Shown here: one piece after another, positions 22,501 through 32,877 of the stretch
Numbering within the stretch: position 1 is the stretch's first letter
How the letters are laid out: every line of letters begins with the position of its first letter
Assembly (NCBI GenBank): GCA_963663965.2
Contig: CAXXFK010000031.1
Span: forward strand, 137,097-201,096
Origin: Sedimentisphaerales bacterium
GTDB taxonomy: Bacteria; Planctomycetota; Phycisphaerae; Sedimentisphaerales; SM23-30
Length of the DNA: 64,000 bases
Direction: 5' to 3'
The notes under the pieces: generated by a model
Told to the model about the DNA's origin: nothing
Seen by the model: only the letters and a program-made list of their open reading frames with translations
The model's database searches: none
Program-made: the position numbers and the translations under genes

Positions 22501-22764
22501 AGCTCCGCACCAGGAACCGCCGTGAGGCGATGGTGTCTGTACACCGCTGACAGTGCTGCCGAAGTGGGGAACCCACGGGGATGCATCAGCTCCATTTTCA
22601 AATCCGGGATTGGCCAGGATATTCGTATCACCAAACGCCGGCAGGTTTAGCATCATTAGTAATACGGCTGCTATAAAAAGAGGGCTTCTCCATATATGCT
22701 TCGGTGAATAACACTTGCACATTGCGTGATTGGCATCACCCACCCAGGTAAACTTATTAAACAT
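19565..22764 (-). CDS. Secreted CBM4/9-like + Fn3-like repeats + dockerin-like + DUF1593 (nucleoside-hydrolase-like) protein; frameshift near the C-terminus
   Basis: NILANPGFENG...MQQDL...YIDD; two LQWxxPxAYTPTxYxVxLGT...TTYYWAV repeats; DVTGDGCVNMRDF; RVINTTDLGADNDDLQSLVRML...WGGGNTLAQ...EGDTP...WGGWGGR...DFAARMDW...NHHP. Confidence 0.85.
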
Positions 22765-22803
22765 ATGTCACCCCCTTAGGTTGCATTTAATTGACATTTT
22801 TGC

Positions 22804-24128
22804 GGTTCTTCCGAAAAATGAGTAGTTAATGTTGCAAAAAGAGAGACATGACTTTACTGTTTGAGGAAAAAAATAAAACCTCATATTAGGAGCTAAAGTC
22901 ATGTCCACAAGTATGTTGTATCATACTTTTGGTGTTCGAGGTGTTCAATACCAAAAGACAGAATATTTTTGCGGGCAAGAGCGTGATTCACGGCATCTTG
23001 CCGGCGGATAGTCTGCGTTGCCCTTGTTGTAACTCCCGTAATTTCATTTACTTCGGTCACAAGGCCCGGAGGTTTGCCATGGTACCCGCCGGTCTGCGTC
23101 AAATGGAGTTGCTTGTCACTATTCCCCGATTGAAATGTCTGGCGTGCGGGGCCATTCGTCAGCCTCATCTGCCATTTGCCGACCCCAAGAAGCATTACAC
23201 CCATGCGTTGGAACGGTATGTCATCGATTTATGTCAGGCGGCTTCCCTGCAAGAGGTGGCCCGACGGACCGGCTTAAGCTGGGATACCATCAAATCGATT
23301 CATAAGTCCTGGCTAGGTCGACGGTACCGAAAGATTTCCCTGAAAAAGGTTCGTTATCTGGGGATTGACGAATTGTATCTGGGCAGGAAAAGCAAATACA
23401 TCTCGCTGGTAACCGACCTGGAAAGCGGTCAAATTTTGCATATCGGCCAGGGCAAAGGCCAAGAGGCCCTGGTGGGATTCTGGGGGCGTGTCCGACGCAG
23501 CCGGGCGGTGATTGCCGCGGTGGCTACCGATATGGCCAGTGGTTTTATGACCAGTGTCCTGAAAGAACTGCCGCAAGCCAAACTGGTGCTGGACCATTTT
23601 CATCTGGTCAAATGGTTTAACGACAAACTGACCAGTTTACGCCGGGATTTGTACCGGGAGGCCGATACCATGGGCAAAGCGGTACTTAAAGGCAGCCGCT
23701 GGCTGCTGCTCAAAGCGCCGGAGAACCTTAAATCCCATGCCGATAGCGCCAAAGATGAACGGCACCGGTTGCAGGAGGCTCTGCAACTCAACCAGCCGCT
23801 GGCCACCGCCTATTACATGAAAGAACGGCTCCGTCTCCTTTTTGATGCGATCACGGCTCCGCTGGCTGAACAGGAACTTAAACGCTGGATCAGCCAGGCG
23901 CAAACCAGCGGGATTCGGATCCTGCTGGATGCCGCCAAACAACTGCAACTCTGGAAACCCTTCCTGCTCAATTGGTATGACCATCCCATCAGCACCAGCA
24001 AAGTCGAAGTCAATAACCGTAAAATCGGCCTCCTGCAACGAATGGCTCATGGCTACCGCGATCAGGAATACTTCTATCTCCGGATCCATCATATCCATAA
24101 CCAAAACTACTCATTAACCGGATGAGCC
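22804..24128 (+). mobile_element. ISL3-family insertion sequence, complete, with 8-bp target site duplication
   Basis: IRL GGTTCTTCCGAAAAATGAGTAGTT; IRR (reverse complement) GGCTCATCCGGTTAATGAGTAGTT; TSD ATTTTTGC at 22796-22803 and 24129-24136. Confidence 0.93.
22901..24125 (+). CDS. ISL3 transposase (one extra T at 22966-22970)
   Basis: MSTSMLYHTFGVRG after an AGGAG RBS; CPCC...CLAC zinc finger; GIDE, ATDM, LDHFHLV, EVNNRKI..QRMAHGYRD. Confidence 0.92.
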
Positions 24129-24168
24129 ATTTTTGCTTATAACAACACACCAATTTTAATAGTATAGC

Positions 24169-24223
24169 TTAAGAATCCAGCAATATCCTGCTGGATATAT
24201 GAAAATGCCTGTCGTATTCATAG
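24169..24223 (-). promoter_or_regulatory. Conserved 55-bp upstream element, copy 2, now separated from its gene by ISL3
   Basis: TTAAGAATCCAGCAAT-N24-CTGTCGTATTCATAG. Confidence 0.65.
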
Positions 24224-24477
24224 ATTTTACCTTAACTGATTAAAGATACCTGATATGAAGTACAAAACGGATATTTCAAAAAAATGTGTGCGCTTTCACT
24301 GTACTCTAATCCCTGATGATTTTCTGGGTTTAATTGAGTTTTTTCTCCCTGAAATCCTTCAATTTGCTGTAGATTGCTAACTTACGGTCATCTTGCTATA
24401 GCCATATTACAGATAGACTATCAGCAGTATTGAGGACCTATACAGTGTAAATCGAGATGTCTGCGGTACATGGACTT

Positions 24478-25344
24478 TCAGGTTGAAAGTCGATGGGCGT
24501 TTCGATACTCACGGGGAGTACAATGGCACAGCTGTTTGAAAGATGAATTGAATCTGCTAAGTGAATTGAAACCGGATTCCAAAGCTATTTCAAGAACCTT
24601 TTTGTTGGATGTAACAAGCAAACGTTGGGCATGCTGGACACGATGCTGAATGACAAAGTTATTTAATGTGATCCCAAAGGTTTTCTTGAAGATGTATGCC
24701 GCATAATCCGGGTGTAAATCAACTGATTGTGCGATATCTGAAAGATTAATTTTGTTTATATAATTTTGAGCAATGAATTTTGCCATGCTTTCAATTTTAC
24801 TGAAATTATAACTGCCGCTTGGTCTCATTGTGGGACCAGAAGGCAATTCCCCTGATTCTGTCTTGTTCTTTTCCAAGTTTTTTGCAAGGCGCAGAAGACG
24901 TGCTTTTATTTCAAGTAGTACTATTTCGTGAATTGCTGTCGAATCTTGATTAATATCTTGAAACCAATGTTCAAACAAGAGTTTATCATAAGAAGTAAAT
25001 GTTTCTACTTCCTGTATCAGTCGGCCATTTAGAATCAGGGTTGTGATTCTCTCTGGCAAGTCGAAATCCAGTACCCACGGCAAGGGAAGTGTTATGACAA
25101 AATAGGACTCCAAATCTTTATAATCCACAATCTGATGCGGTGTCGCTGCCCAAAACAATGCGAGTTTTCCACCTTCAATTGTGATCCGTTCTCCCCAAAA
25201 AAGGTATGTTAATTCACCTTTGGCAAAAAAGTTCAACTCGATTTCAGAATGCTTGTCAGGGCGATTCATCAATCTGGGTTCCCATTGTTCGCAGGTAAAG
25301 CCATATGGCGTAAATTCTTTTCTTTTTTGGTCGAAATGTTCCAT
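24478..25344 (-). CDS. AraC/MelR-like transcriptional regulator
   Basis: HSEIELN cupin, FWAATPHQ; C-terminal LHPDY..FKK..G..R..A..LL..IALESGFNSLSRF..TPREYR; divergent from the sugar operon. Confidence 0.93.
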   Translation of the reverse strand: MEHFDQKRKEFTPYGFTCEQWEPRLMNRPDKHSEIELNFFAKGELTYLFWGERITIEGGKLALFWAATPHQIVDYKDLESYFVITLPLPWVLDFDLPERITTLILNGRLIQEVETFTSYDKLLFEHWFQDINQDSTAIHEIVLLEIKARLLRLAKNLEKNKTESGELPSGPTMRPSGSYNFSKIESMAKFIAQNYINKINLSDIAQSVDLHPDYAAYIFKKTFGITLNNFVIQHRVQHAQRLLVTSNKKVLEIALESGFNSLSRFNSSFKQLCHCTPREYRNAHRLST

Positions 25345-25489
25345 AAATCTAAGTATATGATAAGTGTTTTAAGAAATCAAGGCAGAATGCCCTATTTATC
25401 TGTTGTTACAATGCAATTTATTACTATAATCAATCACTATATGAAGTTATTTTGCGTATTTTTCTAAATAAAGAGCAGGTGATCGTAAA

Positions 25490-26458
25490 ATGAAAAAAAA
25501 ACTAATGTTAAAAGGTCTGAGTGTCTTGATGGCTGTTGTCATGATGTGGTTGTCCGGTTGTGAGAAGAAAGGGCAAAAACCTCAGGAAACAAAAAGGATT
25601 GCAGTTGTTATTTCGACTTTGAATAATCCCTGGTTTGTAGTTCTGGGGGAAACCGCGAAGGCGAGGGCAGAGGAACTGGGCTATGAAGCGACTGTTTTTG
25701 ACTCAACAAACGATACAGCCCGGGAAACATCGCATTTTGAGAATATTATTGCCAGCGGCTACAGCGCCATTATTTTTAACCCAACAGATGCTGACGCTTC
25801 TATTTTCAATGTAAAGAAAGCAAAAAAAGCCGGAATTCCCGTGTTCTGCGTGGACAGGGAGATTAATTCCAATAAAGACGCAACGTCACAGATTTTATCT
25901 GACAATTACTCCGGATGTGTGGCTATAGGCGCTTTTTTCGTCAAAGAAGTTGGCGAAGAAGGGGAATATATCGAATTGCTCGGTTTATTGGGGGACAACA
26001 ACACGCAGAATCGGTCGGATGGTTTTCACTCCGTTGTGGACAAGTATCCCGACCTCAAAATGGTTGCCCAGCAAACGGCCGGATTCGACCGGACGAAGGC
26101 ATTCGATGTTACATCGGCGCTCCTTGGGGATCATCCGGACATTGACGCTATTTTCTGCGGCAATGATGCTATGGCTATGGGTGCGTATCAGGCACTTGTT
26201 TCTGCCGGAAAAGACAAATCTGTCAAGGTGTTTGGTTTTGACGGTGCTGCGGATGTTTTACAGTCTATTGCAGAAGGTAAAATCAAAGCCACCGGTATGC
26301 AGTTTCCCAAACGAATGGCTCGAACTGCGGCAGAATTTGCAGACGAATACATTAAGGGAAAGCGTGATTTCGATCAGAAAATTCCTGTACCGGTAGAATT
26401 AGTCACGATAGAAAATATTGATAAATATCACGACTATGACAAAAAGGCATCAGAATGA
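25490..26458 (+). CDS. Sugar ABC transporter substrate-binding lipoprotein (RbsB-like; apiose-binding candidate)
   Basis: Lipobox [38 protein letters not shown]. Confidence 0.9.
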   Translation: MKKKLMLKGLSVLMAVVMMWLSGCEKKGQKPQETKRIAVVISTLNNPWFVVLGETAKARAEELGYEATVFDSTNDTARETSHFENIIASGYSAIIFNPTDADASIFNVKKAKKAGIPVFCVDREINSNKDATSQILSDNYSGCVAIGAFFVKEVGEEGEYIELLGLLGDNNTQNRSDGFHSVVDKYPDLKMVAQQTAGFDRTKAFDVTSALLGDHPDIDAIFCGNDAMAMGAYQALVSAGKDKSVKVFGFDGAADVLQSIAEGKIKATGMQFPKRMARTAAEFADEYIKGKRDFDQKIPVPVELVTIENIDKYHDYDKKASE

Positions 26459-27108
26459 AGCAATGGTTTTCCCGGAAAATGGCAATTTGGCTGTTCTTGG
26501 GCGGCTCAATCATAGGTGTGTTTATCACATTTCCACCTTTTCGTATCGTATCTCTGGAAGAGAACAGAAACAGGTTAAATGAAGGTGTGTTTGATCCACT
26601 TAAATTTGCCCGGCAGTTTTGGCAGAACGATTTACCTTCAACATTTGAGAAGGCGTTTGATGCTCAACAAGTGTTAAATGTTATGCGTAATAATCCTAAA
26701 GAGGCCAGAACTCGATACGGACGAGTGATAGGGTTGGGTGGCCCCTGTTATTATTACTTGAATGGGGCTGGCACGATAACAGCGATTGAACCCAGGCAGA
26801 TTAAGGTCCGTTTGGATGTGGAAGATACCGGCGCCGAGATTATCCTCATGACATCAATGGTCTTCGGTAACGAGATTCTTGATGCGACAAACATCATCAG
26901 CAGAAACCAATTCCAAAAAACGAACGATTATAATGCGGTCAGCGCCGAACTTAATAAGATCGTGGAGACGCAGCTTACAGAACCGTTTTTACAGCAAATA
27001 AAATTGGGCGAAACTATCCATTTCATCGGCTGTTCAACGGGTATGACGGATGAGGATTCACTGGTTCCGATGCGTCTGGTGCCTGTCAAATTGGAGACCA
27101 TCCGGTGA
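26455..27108 (+). CDS. DUF2291-like membrane-anchored periplasmic protein
   Basis: N-terminal [22 protein letters not shown]...[18 protein letters not shown]; sits between the binding protein and the ATPase. Confidence 0.75.
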   Translation: MKQWFSRKMAIWLFLGGSIIGVFITFPPFRIVSLEENRNRLNEGVFDPLKFARQFWQNDLPSTFEKAFDAQQVLNVMRNNPKEARTRYGRVIGLGGPCYYYLNGAGTITAIEPRQIKVRLDVEDTGAEIILMTSMVFGNEILDATNIISRNQFQKTNDYNAVSAELNKIVETQLTEPFLQQIKLGETIHFIGCSTGMTDEDSLVPMRLVPVKLETIR

Positions 27109-28649
27109 ATGCAGTTAAAGACCAAATTACGAATTCCTTATCAGTCATTCTGGAGGCAAAAAATATTGAGAAATCGTTTCCCGGTGTTCATGCTCTCAAG
27201 CATGTTGACTTTTGTGTTTATCGCGGCTGTCTGAATGCTTTGGTTGGCGAAAATGGAGCAGGCAAGTCGACGCTGATGAAAGTGCTTGCGGGCATTTATC
27301 AACCCGATTCAGGCAGTATCTTTCTGGATGGCAATCCAATCCAATTCAATGATTCGCGGCAGGCCCGGCAGCACGGCATCGCCGTCATTCATCAGGAGCT
27401 TAGCTTAATTCCATATTTAAGCATCGCTGAAAATATTTTTCTTGGATATGAATTCCGGAACCGGTTTGGATTGGTTGACTATAGTAAAATGCATCGTGAA
27501 GCATCTCGTCTTCTGGAAATGCTGGATCTTCATATTAAACCCGACCGTCTTGTATCCTCCCTAAGCGTAGGACAGCAGCAGATTGTCGAAATCGCCCGAT
27601 CCCTTTCAATGGATGCCAATATTATTATCATGGATGAGCCGACATCAGCGATCAGTGAGCATGAAATCGACATTCTTTTCGGATTGATTGAAAGTTTAAA
27701 ACATCAGGGCGTGTCATTTATTTATATTTCCCATAAGTTGGACGAATTGTTCAGAATTGGAGACACTATCACTGTCATGCGTGATGGTGAGGTGATCGGT
27801 AAAGATTCGTTATCCAATTTGAATCATGATGCTGTTGTCCGCATGATGGTAGGCCGTGATTTAAAAGATCTTTATCAGCGAGAGGCATCCGTGACACACG
27901 AAGAGGCCCTTCGCGTGGAACAGATATGCCTGGATAATAGTCGTCACGAAGGGTGTTCAGTCAAGAATGTCAGTTTTCATGTGAACCGGGGTGAGGTTCT
28001 CGGCATTTTTGGGCTAATGGGTGCCGGGCGAACGGAACTGCTGGAGGCAATTTTCGGTTGTCATCCGAAACGATCAAGCGGAGATATTTTTATTCAGCAC
28101 GAAAAGCTGTGTTTGCAGTCCCCGAAAGATGCCATTAAGGCGGGGATTGTTCTGGCACCGGAGGACCGGAAAGAGCAGGGGCTTATCCTTGGTATGACTG
28201 TGGTGGAAAACACGACTTTGGCAAATCTGCAAAAAGTACAGCGATTTGGGTTTATCCAGACACAAGCTGAGGCACGAATGGCTGATATATATATCGAACG
28301 ATTAAAAATAAAAACCCCGTCCGGAAAGCAGAAAGTAAAAAATCTCAGCGGAGGTAACCAGCAGAAGGTAATTTTAGGAAAATGGCTGGCCACACAGCCC
28401 CTGGTCCTGCTGCTGGATGAACCCACACGGGGAATTGATATCAACGCAAAAAGAGAAATTTACCGTCTCATTGATGAACTGACAGAGCAGGGTTTGGCTG
28501 TGGTGATGGTTTCATCTGAGTTACCTGAAATTCTCGGGCTCTCTGATCGTATATTGGTTATGTCTGAGGGACAAAAGACGGCCGAATTCTCGCGAGCCGA
28601 AGCCACGGAAGAGGCCCTTTTAAATGCTGCACTGCCTAAAAGTGCATAA
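27105..28649 (+). CDS. Sugar ABC transporter ATP-binding protein (RbsA-like, two ATPase domains)
   Basis: GENGAGKSTL, MDEPTS, PEDRK, LSGGNQQKV, DEPTRGID. Confidence 0.96.
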   Translation: MNAVKDQITNSLSVILEAKNIEKSFPGVHALKHVDFCVYRGCLNALVGENGAGKSTLMKVLAGIYQPDSGSIFLDGNPIQFNDSRQARQHGIAVIHQELSLIPYLSIAENIFLGYEFRNRFGLVDYSKMHREASRLLEMLDLHIKPDRLVSSLSVGQQQIVEIARSLSMDANIIIMDEPTSAISEHEIDILFGLIESLKHQGVSFIYISHKLDELFRIGDTITVMRDGEVIGKDSLSNLNHDAVVRMMVGRDLKDLYQREASVTHEEALRVEQICLDNSRHEGCSVKNVSFHVNRGEVLGIFGLMGAGRTELLEAIFGCHPKRSSGDIFIQHEKLCLQSPKDAIKAGIVLAPEDRKEQGLILGMTVVENTTLANLQKVQRFGFIQTQAEARMADIYIERLKIKTPSGKQKVKNLSGGNQQKVILGKWLATQPLVLLLDEPTRGIDINAKREIYRLIDELTEQGLAVVMVSSELPEILGLSDRILVMSEGQKTAEFSRAEATEEALLNAALPKSA

Positions 28650-28662
28650 GTCGAAAGGTGAC

Positions 28663-29640
28663 ATGGAAAAAAGTACAGTAAAAACTATAATTTCTCGATT
28701 ACAATTGCCATTGGTTATTCTGATCATGGCAACAGTATTGAGCATACTCAGTCCTACATTTCTGAAACCGACGAATATTCAGAACATTCTTCAGCAGATA
28801 TCAATTAATCTATGTCTATCGATTGGAATGACCCTGGTGATTTTGACTGGAGGAATTGACCTTTCGGTTGGCTCGATACTGGCTTTCTCCGGAATTCTGA
28901 TGGCGGGATTTCTCAAAAATGGTATCGAGATACCCGCTCTTAACATCGCAATTCAGTTCACTTTTTATGGAGCTGTACTGGCAGGATTGCTCACAGGACT
29001 TCTGTCAGGAGCCATTAACGGATTTGCAATTACTCGGTTTAAAATCCCTCCTTTTGTAGCAACATTAGGAATGCTGAGTATTGCCCGAGGGCTCACTAAA
29101 CTATGGACACGAGGCGAACCGATTACAAATTTAGGCCCCAGATTTGAGTACCTCGCTGCAAACTCGTTGTTCGGCATCAGTTTCATAGTATGGATTCCTG
29201 TGATACTTATTATTCTGTTTATTATTGTAACCCGCAGGACCTGTTTCGGCAGGCATTTATATGCTGTCGGAGGAAATGAACAGGCAGCAGCATTATCCGG
29301 CGTGCGTGTTGACCGGATTAAGCTATGGGCTTATGCACTGAGTGGTTTGCTGTCAGCTGTCGGCGCACTGCTTTTAACCGCGAGATTGAATGCAGCTACC
29401 GTTGTCGCGGGTGAAACATATGAACTGGAAGCGATTGCAGCCGTCGTCATCGGTGGGACTTCACTCTCGGGAGGGCGAGGTTCGATCTTTGGCACGGTAT
29501 TGGGATGCCTTGTGATTGGCATCCTTGCGAATGGTTTGGTGTTGATGGGTGTTCGTGAAGAATTGCAGTTAGTTGTCAAGGGCGGTGTTATTTTACTGGC
29601 TGTCGCTTTTGATAAATTACAAAATGAATATTCAACTTAG
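28663..29640 (+). CDS. Sugar ABC transporter permease (RbsC-like)
   Basis: GGIDLSVGS, IPPFVATLG, AVGGNEQAAALSG, AAVVIGGTSLSGG. Confidence 0.95.
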   Translation: MEKSTVKTIISRLQLPLVILIMATVLSILSPTFLKPTNIQNILQQISINLCLSIGMTLVILTGGIDLSVGSILAFSGILMAGFLKNGIEIPALNIAIQFTFYGAVLAGLLTGLLSGAINGFAITRFKIPPFVATLGMLSIARGLTKLWTRGEPITNLGPRFEYLAANSLFGISFIVWIPVILIILFIIVTRRTCFGRHLYAVGGNEQAAALSGVRVDRIKLWAYALSGLLSAVGALLLTARLNAATVVAGETYELEAIAAVVIGGTSLSGGRGSIFGTVLGCLVIGILANGLVLMGVREELQLVVKGGVILLAVAFDKLQNEYST

Positions 29641-29658
29641 ACTTTATTAGGAGTTTAT

Positions 29659-31083
29659 ATGAGAATTATAAACAAGAAAATTATCTTTGGATTGATCATT
29701 GGAACAAGGAACATCTTCAATGCCGAATTGGCATCAGCAGAACGTACCAAAATACTGACGCTGCTGGATAAGCTCGGATTCGGATATGTTATACCCGATG
29801 AACATGCAACGCCTGCAGGAGCGATTGAAACTCGAACTGACGCGAAGATATGCGCGGAATTATTTAAGAAGAATCGAGATGCAATTGACGGAGTCATTGT
29901 TGTGTTGCCCAATTTTGGTGATGAACTCGGAATTGTAGCAACACTGGAAATGGCAAAACTCAATGTGCCGATACTGGTTCAGGCATGTAATGATGAGGTT
30001 GATAAGGTCGACATAACAAGTAGGCGCGATGCTTTCTGCGGTAAGATTTCTGTCTGCAACAACCTCTATCAGTATAATATTCCGTTTTCTGATACAACAG
30101 AGCACACATGTGATATTAACAGCGATGTGTTTGAAAAAGACATTCGGCAGTTTGCTGCTGTTTGCCGTACTGCAAAAGGTCTTCGAAATGCAAGGATCGG
30201 TGCTTTCGGAACTCGCCCGGCTGCTTTCCAGACAGTACGATACAGTGAAAAAATTCTCCAAGCATCGGGGATTACAGTCGTTCCTGTAGACCTTTCTGAA
30301 ATCATAAACAGAGCCAGTTCTATGAATGTCGATGATGCAGCAGTACAGGATAAACTGGCACAAATCAAGGCTTACGGGAAAATACCAAAAGAAATTTTAC
30401 CTGAAAGTGTACTGCGTCAAACTAAGCTGTCAGTCGTATTTGATGAGTTGATGGAAGAACACGAACTGGATGCCAGTGCGATTCAATGTTGGGATTCTAT
30501 CGAGAATAACTATGGTTGTGCAACCTGCCTGTCCATGTCCATGATGGGTGAGCGTTTGATGCCCAGCGCCTGTGAAACAGACATAACCGGGGCTGTTTCA
30601 ATGTATGCTCTCCTGCTTGCAGGGGGCTTTTCTCCGGGACTTTTGGATTGGAACAACAATTTTGGAAAAGAACCAAATAAATGTGTTTGCACACACTGCA
30701 GCAATTATCCTAAAAGCTTCATGGGAAATGAAGTCGAGATTTCAAAATTAGATGTTTTGGGGACTGTCATTGATCGAGAAAAATGTTTTGGAGCGATTAA
30801 AGGTAAGGTCGCTCCGGGTTCTATGACTTATTTCAGGGTATCTACAGACGATACAAACGGCAATATTAAGTCTTATTTGGGTCAGGGACAATTTACTGAT
30901 GATGCATTTGGGATGGATGGTGGTATTGCAGTATGCCAGGTCAGTAATCTTAGAGCGCTGCTTGGCCATATCTGCGAAAACGGCTATGAACATCATGTAG
31001 CGATGACCCGCTGTCACTGTGCGGATGTGATCTATGAAGCTGTGACGAAGTATCTGGGATGGAAGTTATATTATCACAAATAG
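29659..31083 (+). CDS. L-fucose/L-arabinose isomerase-family protein
   Basis: PNFGDE, RRDAFCGKISV, AIQCW, ACETD, THCSN, GYEHHVAM. Confidence 0.85.
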   Translation: MRIINKKIIFGLIIGTRNIFNAELASAERTKILTLLDKLGFGYVIPDEHATPAGAIETRTDAKICAELFKKNRDAIDGVIVVLPNFGDELGIVATLEMAKLNVPILVQACNDEVDKVDITSRRDAFCGKISVCNNLYQYNIPFSDTTEHTCDINSDVFEKDIRQFAAVCRTAKGLRNARIGAFGTRPAAFQTVRYSEKILQASGITVVPVDLSEIINRASSMNVDDAAVQDKLAQIKAYGKIPKEILPESVLRQTKLSVVFDELMEEHELDASAIQCWDSIENNYGCATCLSMSMMGERLMPSACETDITGAVSMYALLLAGGFSPGLLDWNNNFGKEPNKCVCTHCSNYPKSFMGNEVEISKLDVLGTVIDREKCFGAIKGKVAPGSMTYFRVSTDDTNGNIKSYLGQGQFTDDAFGMDGGIAVCQVSNLRALLGHICENGYEHHVAMTRCHCADVIYEAVTKYLGWKLYYHK

Positions 31084-31096
31084 GAACATAAACACA

Positions 31097-31927
31097 ATGG
31101 TTGACAATACACTGATCATAAAATCAATCCAGTATCGAATTCGTATATTGGAATATATTAAAAAAGCGAAGGCCGGTCATACCGGCGGAAGTTTATCCTG
31201 TGTGGACATCTTAAATGTTCTGTATAATCGGGTATTGAATGTTTCTCCTGAAACTGTAAACGACCCGCAGCGAGACCGTTATGTCCAGAGTAAGGGGCAT
31301 TCGGTTGAGGCATTATATGTCGTTTTGGCAGACAGAGGATTTTTCCCGGAATCAGACCTGGAAACACTGTGTAAGTTCAAATCGCCTTATGTTGGACATC
31401 CTACACGTAAAATTAATGGAATCGAACAAAATACGGGCGCTTTGGGACATGGCCTGGCATTCAGTACGGGAGTTGCCTTAAGCGGTAAAATGGATGGGCT
31501 GAGCTTTCGCGTTTTCACATTGCTGGGCGATGGTGAATTGGCAGAGGGTTCTAATTGGGAATCGATGATGACTGCAGCACATTATCGTCTGGATAATTTA
31601 ACTGCTGTCATTGACCGTAATCAACTGCAGATAACCGGTCACACTGAGGATGTCTGTGCATTGGAAAACCTGCGTGACAAGTTCACTGCTTTCGGATGGT
31701 CTGTAAGACATGTTGACGGGCACGATACAAGCGCTCTTAGAGATATTTTATGTACAGTACCATTTGAATCAGGCAAGCCCACTATGATTATCGCCAATAC
31801 CGTCAAGGGCAAAGGAGTGAGTTTTATGGAGCATGCTGTTAAATGGCATCACGGCGTACCCGACGACCAGCAATATGAATTGGCTATTACAGAACTCAAG
31901 TCGCGACTGCGGGAGGTGAGCGTATGA
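31097..31927 (+). CDS. Transketolase N-terminal subunit (apulose-4-phosphate transketolase A candidate)
   Basis: GHTGGSLS, SKGH, GHP, TGALGHGL, GDGELAEGSNWE, DRN, KWHH. Confidence 0.92.
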   Translation: MVDNTLIIKSIQYRIRILEYIKKAKAGHTGGSLSCVDILNVLYNRVLNVSPETVNDPQRDRYVQSKGHSVEALYVVLADRGFFPESDLETLCKFKSPYVGHPTRKINGIEQNTGALGHGLAFSTGVALSGKMDGLSFRVFTLLGDGELAEGSNWESMMTAAHYRLDNLTAVIDRNQLQITGHTEDVCALENLRDKFTAFGWSVRHVDGHDTSALRDILCTVPFESGKPTMIIANTVKGKGVSFMEHAVKWHHGVPDDQQYELAITELKSRLREVSV

Positions 31928-32874
31928 GTATGAATGCAACTGAAAGCTGTAAAGCAAATTTGGAAGTGTTTGCTGAGACACTGCTGGGTATTGCCCGAAC
32001 GAATAAGGATGTATTGGTGGTTACGAGCGATTCACGCGGTTCAGGGAAATTGAAACCTTACGCCGAAGCATTACCGGATCAAATCATTGAAGTTGGTATT
32101 GCCGAGCAAAATCTTGTTGGCGTAGCCTCCGGATTAGCATCTGCCGGCAAGATTGTCTATGCAGTATCACCGGGCAGTTTTCTGACAACACGGTCCCTGG
32201 AGCAGATTAAAAATGATGTATGTTATTCAGATCAACCCGTTAAATTAATTGGCATCAGTTCCGGCGTCAGTTATGGTGCGTTGGGTTCTACGCACCATTC
32301 ACTGCATGATTTGGCAGCTATTCGTGCAATTCACAATTGTACCATTATTGTCCCGGCGGATAACTTTGAAACAGCAGAAGCGATCAAAGCGGTAGCAGAC
32401 ATGCCTCATCCGGTCTTTATTCGTTTTGGTAAGAGAGTTCTGCCTCATCTCCACAAGCCTGGCACCTCATTCATGGTTGGTAAATCCCTGCTTGTTCGCC
32501 CAGGTGATGATGTCGCATTTATTGCCACAGGTGAATCCGTTGTGCAGGCGGCATTGGCCTCTGAAGCATTGGAGCATAAAGGTATTAACGCACGCGTGGT
32601 CAGTATGCACACCATTAAGCCTTTGGACGAAGAGGTTGTATTAAAAGCAGCCAAAGAATGTCGAGCTGTCATTACGGTCGAGGAACATAGCTGTTACGGC
32701 GGCCTTGGAGAAGCGTGTGCATCGCTACTGATGCAGGCGGGGATATCAGTGCCTTTTAAAATCGTGGGCTTTCCCGACGAGGATACGATCACGGGAAGTC
32801 AATTGGACATCATGGGGTATTACGGCATCTCGCAAGAAGGCCTTATCCAAACTGCAAAATCTATGTTGAAATAG
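31924..32874 (+). CDS. Transketolase C-terminal subunit (apulose-4-phosphate transketolase B candidate)
   Basis: EVGIAEQN, EQIKND, GSTHHS, TIKPLD, TVEEHS..GGLG. Confidence 0.92.
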   Translation: MSMNATESCKANLEVFAETLLGIARTNKDVLVVTSDSRGSGKLKPYAEALPDQIIEVGIAEQNLVGVASGLASAGKIVYAVSPGSFLTTRSLEQIKNDVCYSDQPVKLIGISSGVSYGALGSTHHSLHDLAAIRAIHNCTIIVPADNFETAEAIKAVADMPHPVFIRFGKRVLPHLHKPGTSFMVGKSLLVRPGDDVAFIATGESVVQAALASEALEHKGINARVVSMHTIKPLDEEVVLKAAKECRAVITVEEHSCYGGLGEACASLLMQAGISVPFKIVGFPDEDTITGSQLDIMGYYGISQEGLIQTAKSMLK

Positions 32875-32877
32875 GAA

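Noticed and set aside
22955..22975. Programmed frameshift in the ISL3 transposase
   Set aside because: ISL3 transposases are single-ORF. One extra T in a T-run fits the window-wide indel pattern.
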